DNA of 64,000 nt from Eledone cirrhosa (lineage: Eukaryota): assembly GCA_964016885.1 (NCBI GenBank), contig OZ024741.1, forward strand, positions 380,122,001-380,186,000. The letters run 5' to 3'. The position numbers were made by a program, and so were the translations under genes. Positions 40,990 to 55,660 of this stretch are shown here, piece after piece; positions within the stretch are counted from its first letter, which is position 1; every line of letters begins with the position of its first letter. Under the pieces are notes generated by a model that saw only the letters and a list, made by a program, of their open reading frames with translations, was not told the DNA's origin and made no database searches.

Positions 40990-42006
40990 GGGCGCTGCGG
41001 AGTTGCAAATGGGTTACATATGAAAAAAGTTTGTCCTTCATCAGTGATCTTCCAACTATCATAGGCATTTCATCGCTTTAAAGACCATATACCTCCGGTT
41101 GGTGCGAGCAACGGCTAAAAAAAAGAATTACTCACAGGTCAAACGGGAAGAAAGAGGAGGAGGAGAGGTAGTGACAGAGAATGAGTGAGTGAAGGGTGAG
41201 GAAGAGGCTAACAGAGAGAGAGGCTGCTAGAAAGGGTAAAGATACATAGAACGAAAAAGACGGTGTAGCAGCAGAGGAAAAAATATGTGTAAATATGATA
41301 ATAAGGGCGCTGCGAAGTTGCAAATGGGTTACATATGAAAAAAGTTTGTCCTTCATCAGTGATCTTCCAACTATCATAGGCATTTCATCGCTTTAAAGAC
41401 CATATACCTCCGGTTGGTGCGAGCAACGGCTAAAAAAAGTCGCTGGGACACGTAAATAAAGGGGACACGTGGGTAAACAAACAAAATGGTGAAGCAACAG
41501 AAAGTGAGGAAGAAGGAGACAAGTCCCAGATGTCTATGAATTTAAGTTCGGTGAAATCGTAGCCTCTTCCTCATCCTTCCCTCACTCATTCTCTGTCACT
41601 ACCTCTCCTCCTCCTCTTTCTTCCCGTTTGACCTGTGAGTAATTCTTTTCTCTCACATTCTCGGCCAAGCTGGTCGGAATTTTTTCTCTCTCGTCTACGA
41701 TTTCACAGAACTTATGTTAGACCTGTGCGAAATTCCTTCCTTGCTCACATTTCAACCAGGTTTGATGGTCTTTATTCTCTTGTTCACGATTTCACCGAAC
41801 TTAAATTCATAGAAATCTGGGACTTGTCTCCTTCTTCCTCACTTTCTGTTGCTTCACCATTTTGTTTGTTTACCCTCGTGTCCCCTTTATTTACGTGTCC
41901 CAACGACTTTTTGTTAGCCGTTGCTCGCACCAACCGGAGGTATATGGTCTTTAAAGCGATGAAATGCCTATGCTAGTTGGAAGATCACTGATGAACGACA
42001 AACTTT

Positions 42007-42008
<2 letters not shown>
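40990..42008. mobile_element. Non-coding two-armed insert (family G) with tandem unit repeat in the left arm
   Basis: Direct repeat 40985-41123 = 41300-41438; inverted copies at 41561-41650 and 41785-42005; (TA)n/(TAA)n flanks. Confidence 0.8.
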
Positions 42009-42086
<78 letters not shown>

Positions 42087-42117
42087 TATATATATATAAT
42101 ATAAATATATTTATATG

Positions 42118-42162
<45 letters not shown>

Positions 42163-42370
42163 TATGTATATGTACATACATATATGTATACAGACGTACA
42201 GTAGTATGTATATCTATATACATACATGCACACATATATATATATATGTATGTATAGGTTTACTGAACATTTATTATAATGTTCAGCTTGTTTGTAAGTA
42301 AACAGCCAGAATTAAGCCGTACAGTGTTTCGGAAACTATCGTTGCCCTTTTGTTCAACACTGACAAAGGA

Positions 42371-42413
42371 ACGATGAACTAGTTTCAAGCTTATTAGCTA
42401 TCGTCAGCATCGT
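42371..42413 (-). ncRNA. Intact-looking minimal hammerhead ribozyme
   Basis: ACGATG-CTGACGA-T-AGCT(aata)AGCT-T-GAAA-CTAG-TT-CATCGT: 6-bp stem I, palindromic stem III. Confidence 0.8.
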
Positions 42414-42689
42414 ATACCTTCTGTTATATGATTGAACGTTTGAAAATATATACTTTCCTTATGCATATTAACGGCTGAGCAGTCTAATTTGCATATCGAG
42501 TGAGTTAGTCGGCCGGGTGTACCGAAAGCGATAAATGGAAAAGAGTGAAATGAAATTTCATTTCTCACTCTTAGTACGGCTGATACTTAAATATAAGTAT
42601 GTACACGTACATACATATATGTATACAGACATACAGTAGTATGTATATATATTTCATTGAATGACGAGAGATGTATAAAAAAGTGCAGG

Positions 42690-43242
42690 GCGATCAAAAT
42701 TGGTAGAAGTTACGGAGTAGGTAGACCCAGAAAAACCTGGGACGATTTGATAAATTCTGACCTCACACACTAACACCTCTCTAAGACAATGTCACTGGAC
42801 CAAGAGCTGTGGCACTACGTAGTAATACAGAAGGCCCACCTTGCCTATGTAGAAAGCGAAACCTACTGTCAGTAGGCACCTCTTAACCAAATGTATACCC
42901 CATCCCACTACCCCTATTCCACACAACACCACCCTTTCTCTGTAAAGTTATGTTAGTACCACAACATCCAGTCCAAAATAAATGAGGTCATGTAGGTGTC
43001 ATGACCAAAAATCACACAGCCCACGCCGTAATATGGCCGTGTAGGTAACACGGTAAAAACCTCCCAGTTCCACACTGTAAACGTGGTTGGTGTTAGGAAG
43101 GGCATCCAGCCGTAGAAAACCTGCCAGACAGCCCTATACGAGCGAGACATGGTTACCCGACCAATCTTGCCTCAAGTAGGTCAATCCCCGTCGAAACCCA
43201 TGCTAGCGTGGAAGATAGACGTTAAACGTTGATGATGATGAA
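42690..43242 (+). mobile_element. RTE-type LINE 3' end / related element with (GAT)n tail
   Basis: GRPRKTWDD-like coding, ggttggtgttaggaagggcatccagccgtagaaa motif (also near 45425), tail gatgatgatg. Confidence 0.55.
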
Positions 43243-43408
43243 ATGTATATATATATATATATACAAGTCCTTTGAAAATTGTGTAAGGGAATAAATATGG
43301 TATGTAACTGATAAAAGTTGATTTTTCCATCGATATACTTGTTCATATGTCTATATTTATGTATCTCTCCCACTCTCTCTCTGTCTGTCTGTCGCCTGTC
43401 GCTTACTT

Positions 43409-43442
<34 letters not shown>

Positions 43443-43689
43443 TATAGAGATAGAGAGAGAGAGAGGAGGGAGAGAGAGAAAGGGAGAAGGAAAGGAGAAA
43501 ATTTGTATCTAAGAAATTTAGAATCTTATAAAAAATTGCATATTACGATATTTGTTGTCAGTTAAGTTAAGTCAGAATGTTCAAAAAAATCTATTGCATT
43601 AATCTCACAAAACAGAAAGTGATATATCCGCAGTATTTTATTGATATAAATAAACTGTTATCCTTTCCTCGTGGGGATTATTGAAAATC

Positions 43690-44660
43690 CAGTATCTCAA
43701 AATATTAGAATGTAATATCTGAAAAAAACAAAATATATCTATGTAATACAGCGAGTAGTCTAATATACTAAAGGAGTGTTTTGCTTCAGTGATGACCTTG
43801 ATAGAGGATGATAGTGCTCAGGTGTGATGGAAGCTTAACCGTTTCATGACCGCATTTCCAATTAAATACACTTTACTGCAAATAAATAATGAAGAATTTT
43901 AAGGGGTTTATAAAATTATTAATTATTTCATTACTAAAATAGTAAGTTAATGTAAAGTTCTTATATAAATTATGTTAGAAGATATAAATTTCAATTGTAA
44001 ACCTTTTAAATGGATGGTTTTACTTCATAAACTCAGAGCTGGTTTTGGCCATGTGGCTAACTAAAGGGGGCACTGCATGCACAATGAAGTATGCCAGGAC
44101 CTCTTGGTACAACATTGCGGTTTAACATCTGCAGTTAATATGATGCCCATAACTATCATTGAACGTGGGAATGTGACACTAAACTAACGTTTCATGTTTC
44201 TCCAGTTCTTCTCTAACCTCTGAAGCAATGGTTTTTAAATGAGAGCGAAAATAACAACTTTTCAATAATCCAATCCTCCTTTCCAATCAACTGATTGCAA
44301 TAATACTTCTTTTGAAAATCTTCATGTAGAATACTTAAGAATACTGCCATATTCATGGATGCCCATGTTGCACAAATCCTTGCCTCTGTCTATGTTTTAT
44401 GGATCTGTACATTAATGTGAAACAAGATATTCTTTATGCTTCTCTCCAGACCGCAGCCATCCCACATTTTGTTCCCATGTTTTTCTTTCGGCTAAAAGTT
44501 GCTCACACCGCCGATGCTTCAAATAGATTTTTGATACAGAGCCTGGTGAAAGCCACTTCTCCCAGTGATACATTTTTGTGTCTTCTTCCCTTTGTGGAGT
44601 GTGTCAATGATAATCCTTTCAACAGCTGTTACGCCGGCGGTCCTGCCCATGATTGCGACA
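43690..44660 (-). pseudogene. Decayed Tc1-like transposon
   Basis: MGRTAGVTAVERIIIDTLHKGKKTQ resembles a Tc1 N-terminus; PRSMIVMG resembles PxSVMVWG; tctcaaaatattagaat is TIR-like. Confidence 0.6.
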
Positions 44661-46339
44661 CAAATCTTGGCCATAAATATTATATGTATTAAATATTGTA
44701 TTAAATATATTGGTTGAAATATTACTGAAATGTGTGCTGAAAATACCATAGCTAAATTTTAACCCAGTACTTCTTTAATCTGGGCTTGACTCAACACAAT
44801 ACATTACTGGGTAGCCACAGGCACCACTGTGAATTACCATTGTGCATCATTTACAATAATCTACATGAATATATATATCAACTGAATATCAACATGTTCT
44901 CTCAAGCAATGCTCCTATATCCCCCTTATATAGAGCATCACACACATGTTGAAATCAAGGGTAAGAACTCTCAGCTACGAGTCCAACATCAATTGATTTC
45001 ATGCCATCATTTCTTTCATCAGGAAGTAATGCCATGAAACTCAAATTTCAACATGCTTCAGACATGGAGAAATAGCTGACAACAGATATCAAGGCCAGCT
45101 CAATTGAATGTTAACACCAATACGGCCTTCCCACCAGGTGATAAACTCACTCACAGGTAATGGTTATCTCTGCATCAGCTATGCAGAGATGTCAACAAAT
45201 TGAATAGAGCCATGCACCACTGGGCGCTGTGACCATCAGCAGCTTACCTGTGTGTTTTGCCAGAGCAGACTGCAGAACACATACTGCATGAGTGCACGGA
45301 TCCCTGTCAGCCTGAGAGTGTGGAACTCATACACCCTAAACTTTTTAGTTGTGTGAAGGAAATGACAGTCTCACTAGTTTTGGTAATCTACATAATAAAA
45401 ATACCCAGCACACGTTGTAAAGTGCTTGGTGTTAAGAAGGGCATCCAACCCTAGAAAGCTTGCCAAGTCTTTTCATTTCGTGTCAAAAGAAAACAACTTC
45501 TCTGCACTGGATATGACCATATATAACTGGAATACTGGCCTCTCTGGGAAGTCAGTAATCCCGGTTCAGTGCTGACTTGGTCTATATAGACACATCTAAC
45601 TCTACTAGGAAGGACATGGAAACTAAATGATTATGATGATGATTATTTTTATAGTATGAAGAATGTGTCAGCCTTCAAAATGTGTTTTGAGAACAAAACA
45701 TGTGCTGTGAATGATTACCAGCAAGAAAATTGAAAATAAAGTAGGAGCAGTCTCCACAAAGTTGCTATGAATTATTATTACATGATCTCTTTTAGTCCAA
45801 CAAAATAGATAATTTCACATCAGTCTGAAACAAAAGCTGTAGCAAAATCAATTATATACCAGCATTATAATATTGTGTGTTAAACGTAATTCATGTCATA
45901 TACCATTAAATATGATAGAAAACATTTATTGTTGTAGAATTTAGTGATATTGTAAGCAGATTCTGTGGAGTCATGATTAACAAACTGTGACAGAAGCATT
46001 GATAACTCATGAGCAAAAAGGAAAACAAAGGTATATTTTTCTTTGTGCGGCTAGAAATTAAGGTTTCACATGAGATCTCGGACACACAAGCTGTCACATT
46101 AAATCCATACATGGAAAGAGGCCTACTCGATTTCACTTCTCCTCAGAGGACATCAGTGTGCCTGTCATTTCTAGTACACAATATATAATTCCTCAGAATG
46201 AAATGAAAAACTATTGCCACATCTATTTGGCATTAGTTTAATAACTTATTGAATATTCCTTTAAAATTAAAACTGTTGAGATGCACTGGTAAATTCAGGC
46301 ATAAACACATACATATACATATAAATACATATGTCCATG

Positions 46340-46377
<38 letters not shown>

Positions 46378-46381
<4 letters not shown>

Positions 46382-47680
46382 ATTCACCATTTTCAAGAAC
46401 AATTGTTTCACCTTAGTTGGTTCATCAGCTCGGTTTCAATGAGATTATATGGAAAAGGTAAAACAATTAGATGAATAAGCATTTGCAGAAGAAGTTACTT
46501 CCCAAAGGGGAGTTAACTCATGTAGTACATCAATGTAGGGTAATAACTGTGAAAACTCAGAATATAATAGATTATTCATGTTATTCAGTCAAGTCATTAT
46601 GTCAGGTAGTCAGCCCGGGGCTTTGAAATTACATAATGGGTGTTTCGAAACTGGTGGACAACGCGAGTAAAATTCATTTCTTGTATTTAGACAGGTGCTA
46701 TTACAACAACTCCTCGGGATATTAATTATTTCTTCAATGCACAGCCCACAAGACGGATGCCTGCTACCGTATGGAGTAATCCACGCTGGGTCCTTGATGG
46801 GGCGTATGTGACTTCCGGTTGTCTAAATGTAGGCAGGTGATTCAGAAAGTGTTCTTTAAACCGGCGCTTCAACATACCTACAAAGGGTTTGACCTCTTCT
46901 TGCTGATTTGGTCAGTTAGAAGTGGTTACGGCTTCGTAAATTAGAGAATATGGGTGCACTGTTGTTGAAAGGGATAAGCTTCAGTCGTTCAGCAAGAGCA
47001 TCCTGATGGGGTTCTTCTCTTAGAGTTGTTGGATATGGGCCTTCATATTCTTAGCACAGGAGTATCCGAGTTTCACCCTGTGTATGTTAAAGATAGAACG
47101 GTATATATGACCTATGGGAAAGTGCTTATCTAAGACAGCTAAAGTTATTTTACCTACATTAGATTCAGCGTTGAATGAGAGGGGGAAGAACCAAATTATA
47201 TTTCTATTAGCATAATTAGTTTTTCTATTGCCGTTGGCGTTAGTAGGGGAGTAAACAATTGATTGTGAGAAGCCCCTATTAGTTAATGCCGCATTGTAAT
47301 AGGGTTCAGCTCTGTCAAAGATTGTTTTATTAAAAAGAGGTTAGAGATTCTAGTGCCGATATATTTCAAAAAGTTTTGAAAACTGAAGGTGGGTGGCATG
47401 AGTCCTTGTGTATGTAATATAGTTTTTCATTTAGTTTATGGAAGGATCTAACATGAGTTGGTTCCCCTTTTGGAAATAACTTCTTCAGACATGAGCTTTC
47501 ATATAATTGTTTTTCGTTTTCCGTATAATCTCACTTAAACCGAGCTGCTGATCAGACTAATGTGAAACAGTTATTCTCGGAAATGGTGAAATAACTGTTG
47601 TGGAACTACTTCTACCAAACTCGTCCCATGTATTGAGTTCTCTGCTACTGAGGATATAACCCACCAGTGTTCTACTACTA
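46378..47680. mobile_element. Two-armed PLE insertion (family H): minus arm with decayed RT-thumb/GIY-YIG (46640-47450), plus arm 47520-47680
   Basis: HKDSCHPP, FVGMLKRRFKEH, CGLCIEE, LNTRNE on minus; hammerheads 46394-46432(-) and degenerate 47540-47580(+). Confidence 0.75.
46394..46432 (-). ncRNA. Minimal hammerhead ribozyme
   Basis: CGAG-CTGATGA-ACC(aactaa)GGT-GAAA-CAATTG-TT-CTTG. Confidence 0.8.
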
Positions 47681-47699
47681 AATATATATATTTTACTTA

Positions 47700-48369
<670 letters not shown>

Positions 48370-48930
48370 TTATATATATACAGTGAGTGAGAGAGAGAAT
48401 GAGGGAGAGAGAATGAAGGAGAGAGAGAAATATAAACACATTAGAATAGACACTTTGGGAGGTTTAGAATAAAAAGGGTTTATGCTTGAGAACCTGAAAA
48501 GCAGTTGTTCAGCATTTACTTCAGAGTTATAATTTCACAGATTCGTTTTTGATTAAGGAAAATGTCTTAAATAGTAAAAAAAGAATAACTTAACTCAAAT
48601 ATATGAAGATGAACACAAAATAAAGAGATCCAATATGTAAAGTAATATATATTAATTTACTTTGTGTTTGAATTATATTATAACACGATATTATATAATA
48701 CTTTGATTCAAATAGACTCGATATTATAACTTAATGCAAATTATAAGCCTTTGTTTAATGCATATAACATATGACTGATCATCATCATAATCATTATCAT
48801 CATCATCACAAAACAAATGTTATGTAGATCAAGTAAAGGGCTCTTATTTTTATATATTTATGATATAGTGGATATATCTGAATCAAAGCATCATATAATA
48901 TAACAGCATAAATAACTAATTCTTATTAGT

Positions 48931-49054
48931 AATAATTGTTTCTATTTTGGCACAAGGCCAGCAATTACCAGTACATTACTGGTACTTTATTTTACCGACC
49001 TCGTAATGATGAAAGGCAAAGTTGACTTCGGCGGGATTTGAACTCAGAATGGAA
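48931..49054 (-). mobile_element. 5'-truncated SINE copy
   Basis: Core and tail in reverse complement. Confidence 0.75.
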
Positions 49055-49814
49055 AGCTGTATGCAGCTTTAAATAGATGGCTGGAGAGCGGCTAGTAATA
49101 ATATGTAATAGTAAATACTTGTGGTAACCAAAATATAACCCTTAATCAATTGGTTATGATGTCCCTCCACACACTTGATACAACTTTCCTGTACAACTCA
49201 TTAAAAACCAAACATAGCCCACAGCTTCTCTCCCACAGTGCTTTTATCATGACAAAATCGCCCGGCCCAGACTGTGAGGTGGTTGTGACAGCAACCTGAC
49301 AAAAAAGCAAACAGTCCACCTTGTAAGATGGTTGAGCAGATGCCATGACAAAAAAGAAACCATATCCATCCTGTAAGGTGGACATGCTAGCAAAAAAAAT
49401 AGATCAAGTCCACCCCAAAAGGTGGTGGTGGTGATGGTGTCTCGAGAAAAGCTCCTTTTGTAGACTGTAATGTGGTTGCTATAAGGAAAGGTATCTATCC
49501 ACAGAAAACCAAGCTAAACACAGATCTGTATGAGCCACACATGGTTACCTGACCTAGCTAGGTTCACATGACAACTCATCTAACCCATCAATCATGGAAA
49601 ATTGGAAAATGGTGATGGTAAAGAACATCAATATTAAAAAGAAAACTATATTTCGATTAGAAAAGGTATACCATATGTCTTTGTGTTGTCAGAAGCAACT
49701 AAATAGGTATATATCAGGAACATCCACATAAGACATTACCCCCAAATGTCTTATTTAATCCATGCTAGTATGGAACAGTCAATGTAAAAAGGATTATTAT
49801 TAATATTATTATTA

Positions 49815-50735
49815 TAGTTGCATTTATCTTCCTTTATGTTCATACGAGTTATCACCAAGTCACAACCAGTGACCTCAAGAGACAGCAAGGTCCGCCATGT
49901 TCAAGAAAGACCATACATACATACACATACATCTTTAGGTGTTTAGACTTGTGATGTACTTATATTGACAGAATCTTCTTTAGTATATGGGCAGTTCCCA
50001 TTAGTACTATCTTTTGTATTTCTCCTATACGCGGGTTTCCTGGGATTTGGGATAAGTAATCATTAGAAACCTTAGGTATCATTCCTAGAGCACCCTCAAC
50101 CAATGGTATTGTTTTAGTTCTCAACTTCCACAGTTTTCCAATTTCTATCTCCAGGTCTTTATACTTGCCCAATTTTTCAAACGTTTTTATAGATGCATTC
50201 TTATCTATTGGAACGGATATATCAATCAGCAGCCATACCCTCTTTTTAAAGTCCAAAAGTATTATATCAGGTCTATTTGCATCTATTTTTCGGTCTGTTT
50301 GGATGCTATGTTTCCACAAGATCGAGATGTGATATTTTCAAGTACGGTAGGTGGTTGATGCTCCCACCAATTCTTTTTATGGAGCAGTTCACAATGCTTA
50401 CACATTATCCAATGTATGTATTGTGCAGCTCTGTCGTGCCTTTTTAGGTATTCGGTTGGAGCTATAGGACTGCACATTGAAAGTATATGGTCAATGGTCT
50501 CTGGTTGTTTTTTGCATACACGGCATTTTTTATTATGTTGGCTTGGGAATTTTTTGTTGGCAGACACTGATCTTGTGCTGATATAATCAGTCCTTCAGTC
50601 TCCGATTTCAGTCCAGAGGATACCAACCACTGATGGGTTAAAGTTTTGTCAACATCAGGATTGTTAGCTCTTTCTGGGTATTTTCCATACAGAGGCTTTT
50701 CTTGCCATTTCTTTGCTTTTTCTATGTTTTTCATT
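49815..50735 (-). pseudogene. R4/Dong-like RLE non-LTR element, 3' part, ending at (TAA)n
   Basis: CRVCKKQPETIDHILSMC zinc knuckle; RPDIILLD..LLIDISVP endonuclease motif. Confidence 0.85.
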
Positions 50736-50764
50736 TCAGCAGCAAATGGAACTTCTGAAATTTG

Positions 50765-52208
50765 TAGGTCGTTATTATGACGGACGGACCAGTTAAATTA
50801 TTAGGGTTTGGTTCAGTGAGGATCTCCAGACGGAAAAAACGGGACGAGGTGACGAGCAGGGTGGCTTCTCTCACCCAGAAATGGGCCGAAAGGAAGCTAT
50901 CCCTGAAAGGTCGAGCGGAGGTGGCTAACGCGTACATCGCGTCCGTCATCTACTAGCGCCTGACCGTCCTGCCGTTTTCTAAGCCTCGCCTGACTGCGCT
51001 GGAAGTTTTCTCTTTCACTGTTTGTGGAAGGGGAGCGCTCCGATGGTCAGGCGGTCCATCTGCTGTCAACACCCGCTACGTGGAGGGCTGGGCATGCCGT
51101 GGCTGATGATGCGCAGAGGCGCTCAGGCTACGACATCTCCACCTCTTCCTCGACGGTGATCAGGTGTGGTCGCCGTTTGCTAGACGCGTCTTTCCCCAGA
51201 TCATCTCCTTGATGGTGCTGCAGTCCTGGGGCAAGCGAAGACCGAGAGGCAGCGCTTGGAGACTGGAATGTCTTCAGGCGCTCACAGCCCTCGACCAATC
51301 GGGCAATGTGATCGGTGGAAACTCCAACTTGGTGTTCTATAGAGAATTAGTGGAGGAGAAGAGCAACGACGTACTTGGGGAAACTCTAGGCGTCAACGAA
51401 AATAAACTAGTCAATCTCTTTGGAAGGACTTTCGGGCCGGAGCCTATGGACAACTTCCAGAAATCCCTGGCCTGGCAGTGCTACCGAGGAGCTTAGCCAG
51501 TTCGGGATAAACTCTACAGGCATGGAGGTGCCGTCACCACGCATGTCCAAGATGCGTGCAGGGCGACGAAACCGTCCTGCGTGCACTCGTCCAGTGTCCG
51601 AGCATTGCTGACTTGTGGGTTTATATCGAACACCTGCTGTCGCGTGTAGAACGGATCCGACTATCAGCTGAGTCCATCGTGAGGATTGCCCCGCCCTCTT
51701 CTTTTAGCCGGGAAGGACAGGCAGTTTTTATCTGTCTGGTGGCCATGGCGAAAAGGATAGTATGGTAAACACGTTTGAAAGGGCTGAAGACGAGCACTTA
51801 CCTCTTTGGTGATTCCCTGATTAACTTTTTCAAATTTCATTTGAAAAGGAAAATCAGGGTAGAGAGGGAGATGCTCTCTTCCCAAATTTTGTTGAAAGAT
51901 GGGTGAGAGAGGCAAGAATGGCCCGAATGAATGGACCTACTCTGAGTATATGCCTGTAAATTGAAGGTGAAAAACTGGGAGAGGACAATTGTCCTGGTGG
52001 TCAGAGTCACCGTGGTTTTTTAATGGGCTTACTCCACGAATGTTCCTCGGAAGTCTCCCCCCTATTGGGGAATTTTTTCATTGTTCTATTATTACATCCT
52101 CTTTTTTTTTGTTTTTTACACGCAGAAATGCCCTTTTCTACCGTCCTACATTGTCCTGTAATGTCCTTAATGTCTACATTGTGTAAACCCTTGTGGTTAA
52201 TAAAGCAT
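50765..52208 (+). pseudogene. Tx1-like LINE 3' part with 3' UTR, AATAAA and (TTA)n
   Basis: RKLSLKGRAEVAN; CP.C..DETVLRALVQC zinc knuckle; aataaa at 52199-52204. Confidence 0.8.
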
Positions 52209-52228
52209 TATTATTATTATTATTATTC

Positions 52229-55200
52229 TTTGAGTCTTAGTCATTGATGTTAGTTGACTGGAAAGTTTGTTGAAATGAATATCAAGCCACTACCTGCAGC
52301 CTCAGATATTCAGGACGTATCGGAGGGTTCTTGCTGTTCCCAGCAAGCATGCCTTTTGAAGCGTTCCATTAAGCGTGAAGGGGCCAATTTTCTTTAACCA
52401 TATCTGGAAATGTTTTGAGATAGTACCTAGTGCGCCTATGACAATCGGGACCACTTTGACTTCAAGGCAGTTCCAAATCCTTTTTACCTCCCACTTTAAT
52501 CCTGGTATCGGTAAATTTTCTCCCTCTCCTTCTCTTGCACTTTCGTGTCAAATGGGCAGGCCACATCCACAATCAGGCACGATCTTTTTTCTTTGTCCAA
52601 AACCACCAGGTCAGGTCTATTGTGTTCCAGTTTCTTGTCCGTCTGTATCCTAATATCCCACAGCACCTTCACCTGATCGTTTTCTATCACCGACTCTGGC
52701 TTATGCTCATACCACTTCTCAGAATGTGGTAAATTGTTTACTTTGCATAGGTGCCAGTGGATCACCCTGCCCATCACATCATGTCTCCAGCCCTTATAGT
52801 GAGTCTGGGCTAGGTGTTTACACCTGGATATAATGTGAGCCACAGTCTCCTCTCTCTCTCTCCACAGATCCTGCACAGTGGGCTAGCCTCCTCCTTGTAA
52901 ATATGGTGTTTCAACCACTTCGTTTTGAGGGCCTGCTCTTGCGCAGCCATTAACATTCCTTCTGTAGCCTTTTTAAGGTCTCCTCTTTTCAACCAGTTCC
53001 ATGTCCGTGTATCTCTGAATTCAGTTTTCTCAAAGAAGGTACTATGAAGGGATTTTTCCTGAAGGCTGCTCTTTCTCCTTGTTGTTATTGCCTCCCTGGA
53101 CATCCCCTGGTCTATTGTCCTCTCCTTCAGTAAAGTTCTGAGCATTGGTTCCTTACTATCAGTCACGTATTTGTGTAGGTTGTTTTTCTCTATCTAAACA
53201 CAGTCCTCTATGCTGATAAGACCTCTTCCACCTTCAGATCTCCTTAAGTAGAGTCTATCGACATCACTCCTCTTGTGGAACATGTTGTAGATAGTCAATA
53301 ATTTCCTAGTCTTCCTATCCATTTCTTTTTGTTCAGCAACATTCCATCTCAGAATTCCCGCACTGTACCTAATAATAGACACAGCTCGGGAATTTACTGC
53401 ACTTATGGTTCCTACTGTTCAGATGTGATTTTAATACGGTCCTTACTCTCCGAATGTATTCAGTTCTTATCAATTCCTTCATTGTTTTGTTCTTCATTGT
53501 TTTGTTCTTCAGTGTCAATTTCCTTTATCATCTCATCTGTTGGCACTTGGTTTCCGTTGCTTCTGCTCAATTTACCCTTCTTCATCACAAGGACTCCACA
53601 CTTACTAATACCAAATTGCATACATATATCACTGCTGAACATACGGACAGTGTCAACAGACTCATCCAACTCCTACTCACTCTTCCCGAAGAGCTTAAGA
53701 TCGTCCATGAAGAGGGGGCGATTGATGGTAAGCTCTTCCTTTCCCAACTTGTATCCTGCTCTCACTGTTCGCAGTATAATGGTCAGGGGCATCAGGGCAA
53801 GGACAAACAACAGAGGGGACAGACTATCTCCCTGGAAGATACCTCTCTTGATCTTCACGCCTCCAAAGGATTCTCCAGCTGATGTTAATTCAGTTTCCCA
53901 GGACTTCATACTTTTGCCCAACAACTGTCTGATGGTATCTGCCACCTTGAAGATCTCTAGGCTTTTGGTGATCCAAGAATGAGGCACCATGTCAAATGCC
54001 TTTTTGTAGTCTATCCATCCCATGGCAAGACCAGTGTGTCTCCTCTTGCAATTCCTCATTACATTCTTATCAATAAGTAACTGGTCCTTTGTACCACGGG
54101 ACTTCTTTCGGCATCCTTTCTGTTCGTCCGGTAACAAGTTGTTTGTGTGGAGGTGATGGTAGATTTCCTCAGACATAATGCTTGTCAACAGTTTCCACAT
54201 TACGGACAGACATGTGATAGGTCTATAGTTGGTAACATCATTACCCTTGATTCGTTCCTTCATTACCAGAACTGTGGTACCTTTTGTCAACCACTCTGGT
54301 ACATCACCTGACATCAAGCAGTCATTGAACATGGTTGTCAGTTTTGGGTGGAGGGATGTTATATTTTTAATCCAATACATCTGCACACCATCTGGGCCTG
54401 GTGATTTCCAGTTGGTTAGTTTTTTGGCCTGCCCCTTAAGAATTTCAACTGTGATACTCAAGTCAGTTTGTTGGTGTGCCTGTTCACTAATCTCCTTCTG
54501 TACTGTCTGAATCCACACTGCCTGGTCATTATGTTTAACATCCTGCTCCCATATTCCTCTCCAGAATGTTTTAGTTTGTTCCGCCTCAGGGATCAAGTCG
54601 TTGCCTCTTTCTTTCCCCTCAAGCTGTCCAAACAGCATCTTCTGGTTGTTGTCAATGTGCGGTTCTGTCTATACTGACTGACTCTGCTTTCGTATCGCCT
54701 AATTTTTGCAATCTTTGCTACAATGCGTTGCTTCAGTTCCTCTATGATAATATTTAGCTTTTTCCTCCTAGTTTTGTACTTTATTTCCAGTCTATGTTTT
54801 TTAGTGTCCCATTCAGTAGGGACTCAAGCTTTCCAATGTCAGTTCTCATTTCCCTGATTTGACCACTCAGTCGTTTCTTCCACCAAGGCTCTGATCTTTC
54901 TTGTTTGTTGTTTCCTCTCGCTTCTATACCAAGTAATTTCCTCACCGTATTTGCTGTTGCTTTGAGGATATTTTTGCACTGGTGAAGGCTCTTCGCCTCA
55001 AGGTATGGGATGACTTTGTTTACCTTAGCTGTTGTTTCTTTTAGCTTTTTCCTGTCTACAAATCTTAGGTTCATAGGTCTCCCACTATCATTGTTCATTT
55101 CATCTACCACTAAGTTTAGGATATCAAACCAAATCTTGTCCTAGCCCGTCAGCATTCATCTCATCAATGGCCGTATCTTTGTTCCAGGTATTATTTATTT

Positions 55201-55660
55201 CAGCATTCAGATCATTGTCTGCTTCGGATGGTTCCTCCGTTCTCTCACCCTCTTCACCTTCATTTCCCACTGGTTCGTTTGCCTGGTATACTCCACTCTC
55301 CATTTCCAAGCTAATGTCTCTGCTCAGTTCCTCCAGTTGCAGCTCGCTTATCCACCCATTAGTTCTTATTACCCGAGCCTGCCCGGCCAATTTTTGTTCA
55401 TCTAATTTAAATAGACCAATCTCGTTCCAGATATTATGCATCCGTTTCCTATAGCCTTTCTTCTTGGGGTTACTCTTCAGGTAACATTGCATAACAGTTC
55501 TATTCAATTCTTTCGTCCAGTTGGTTCTGGTCCCTTTTCTCTTCTTCTTCCACCGGCACCAGCAGTATTTGGTTGACAGCCAGGTCCCTGCTGCTGAGCC
55601 AGGGAGCACCTGCTGGGTGTGAGTCTGTCACATGACATTCTCGTCTCCACTTCACCATTA
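52229..55660 (-). pseudogene. Near full-length R4/Dong-like non-LTR retrotransposon (frameshifted)
   Basis: N-terminal GYRKRMHNIW; RT NYRPITCL, IDYKKAFD, GIFQGDSLSPLLF, FMDDLKL; CRIC..ETVAHIISRC; RPDLVVLD; 3' end at (TAA)n. Confidence 0.9.

Noticed and set aside
41635-41918. Intron (GTGAGT...TTTTGTTAG) in family G
   Set aside because: The shortened copy keeps both sites and is explained by T-tract microhomology; no spliced copy seen
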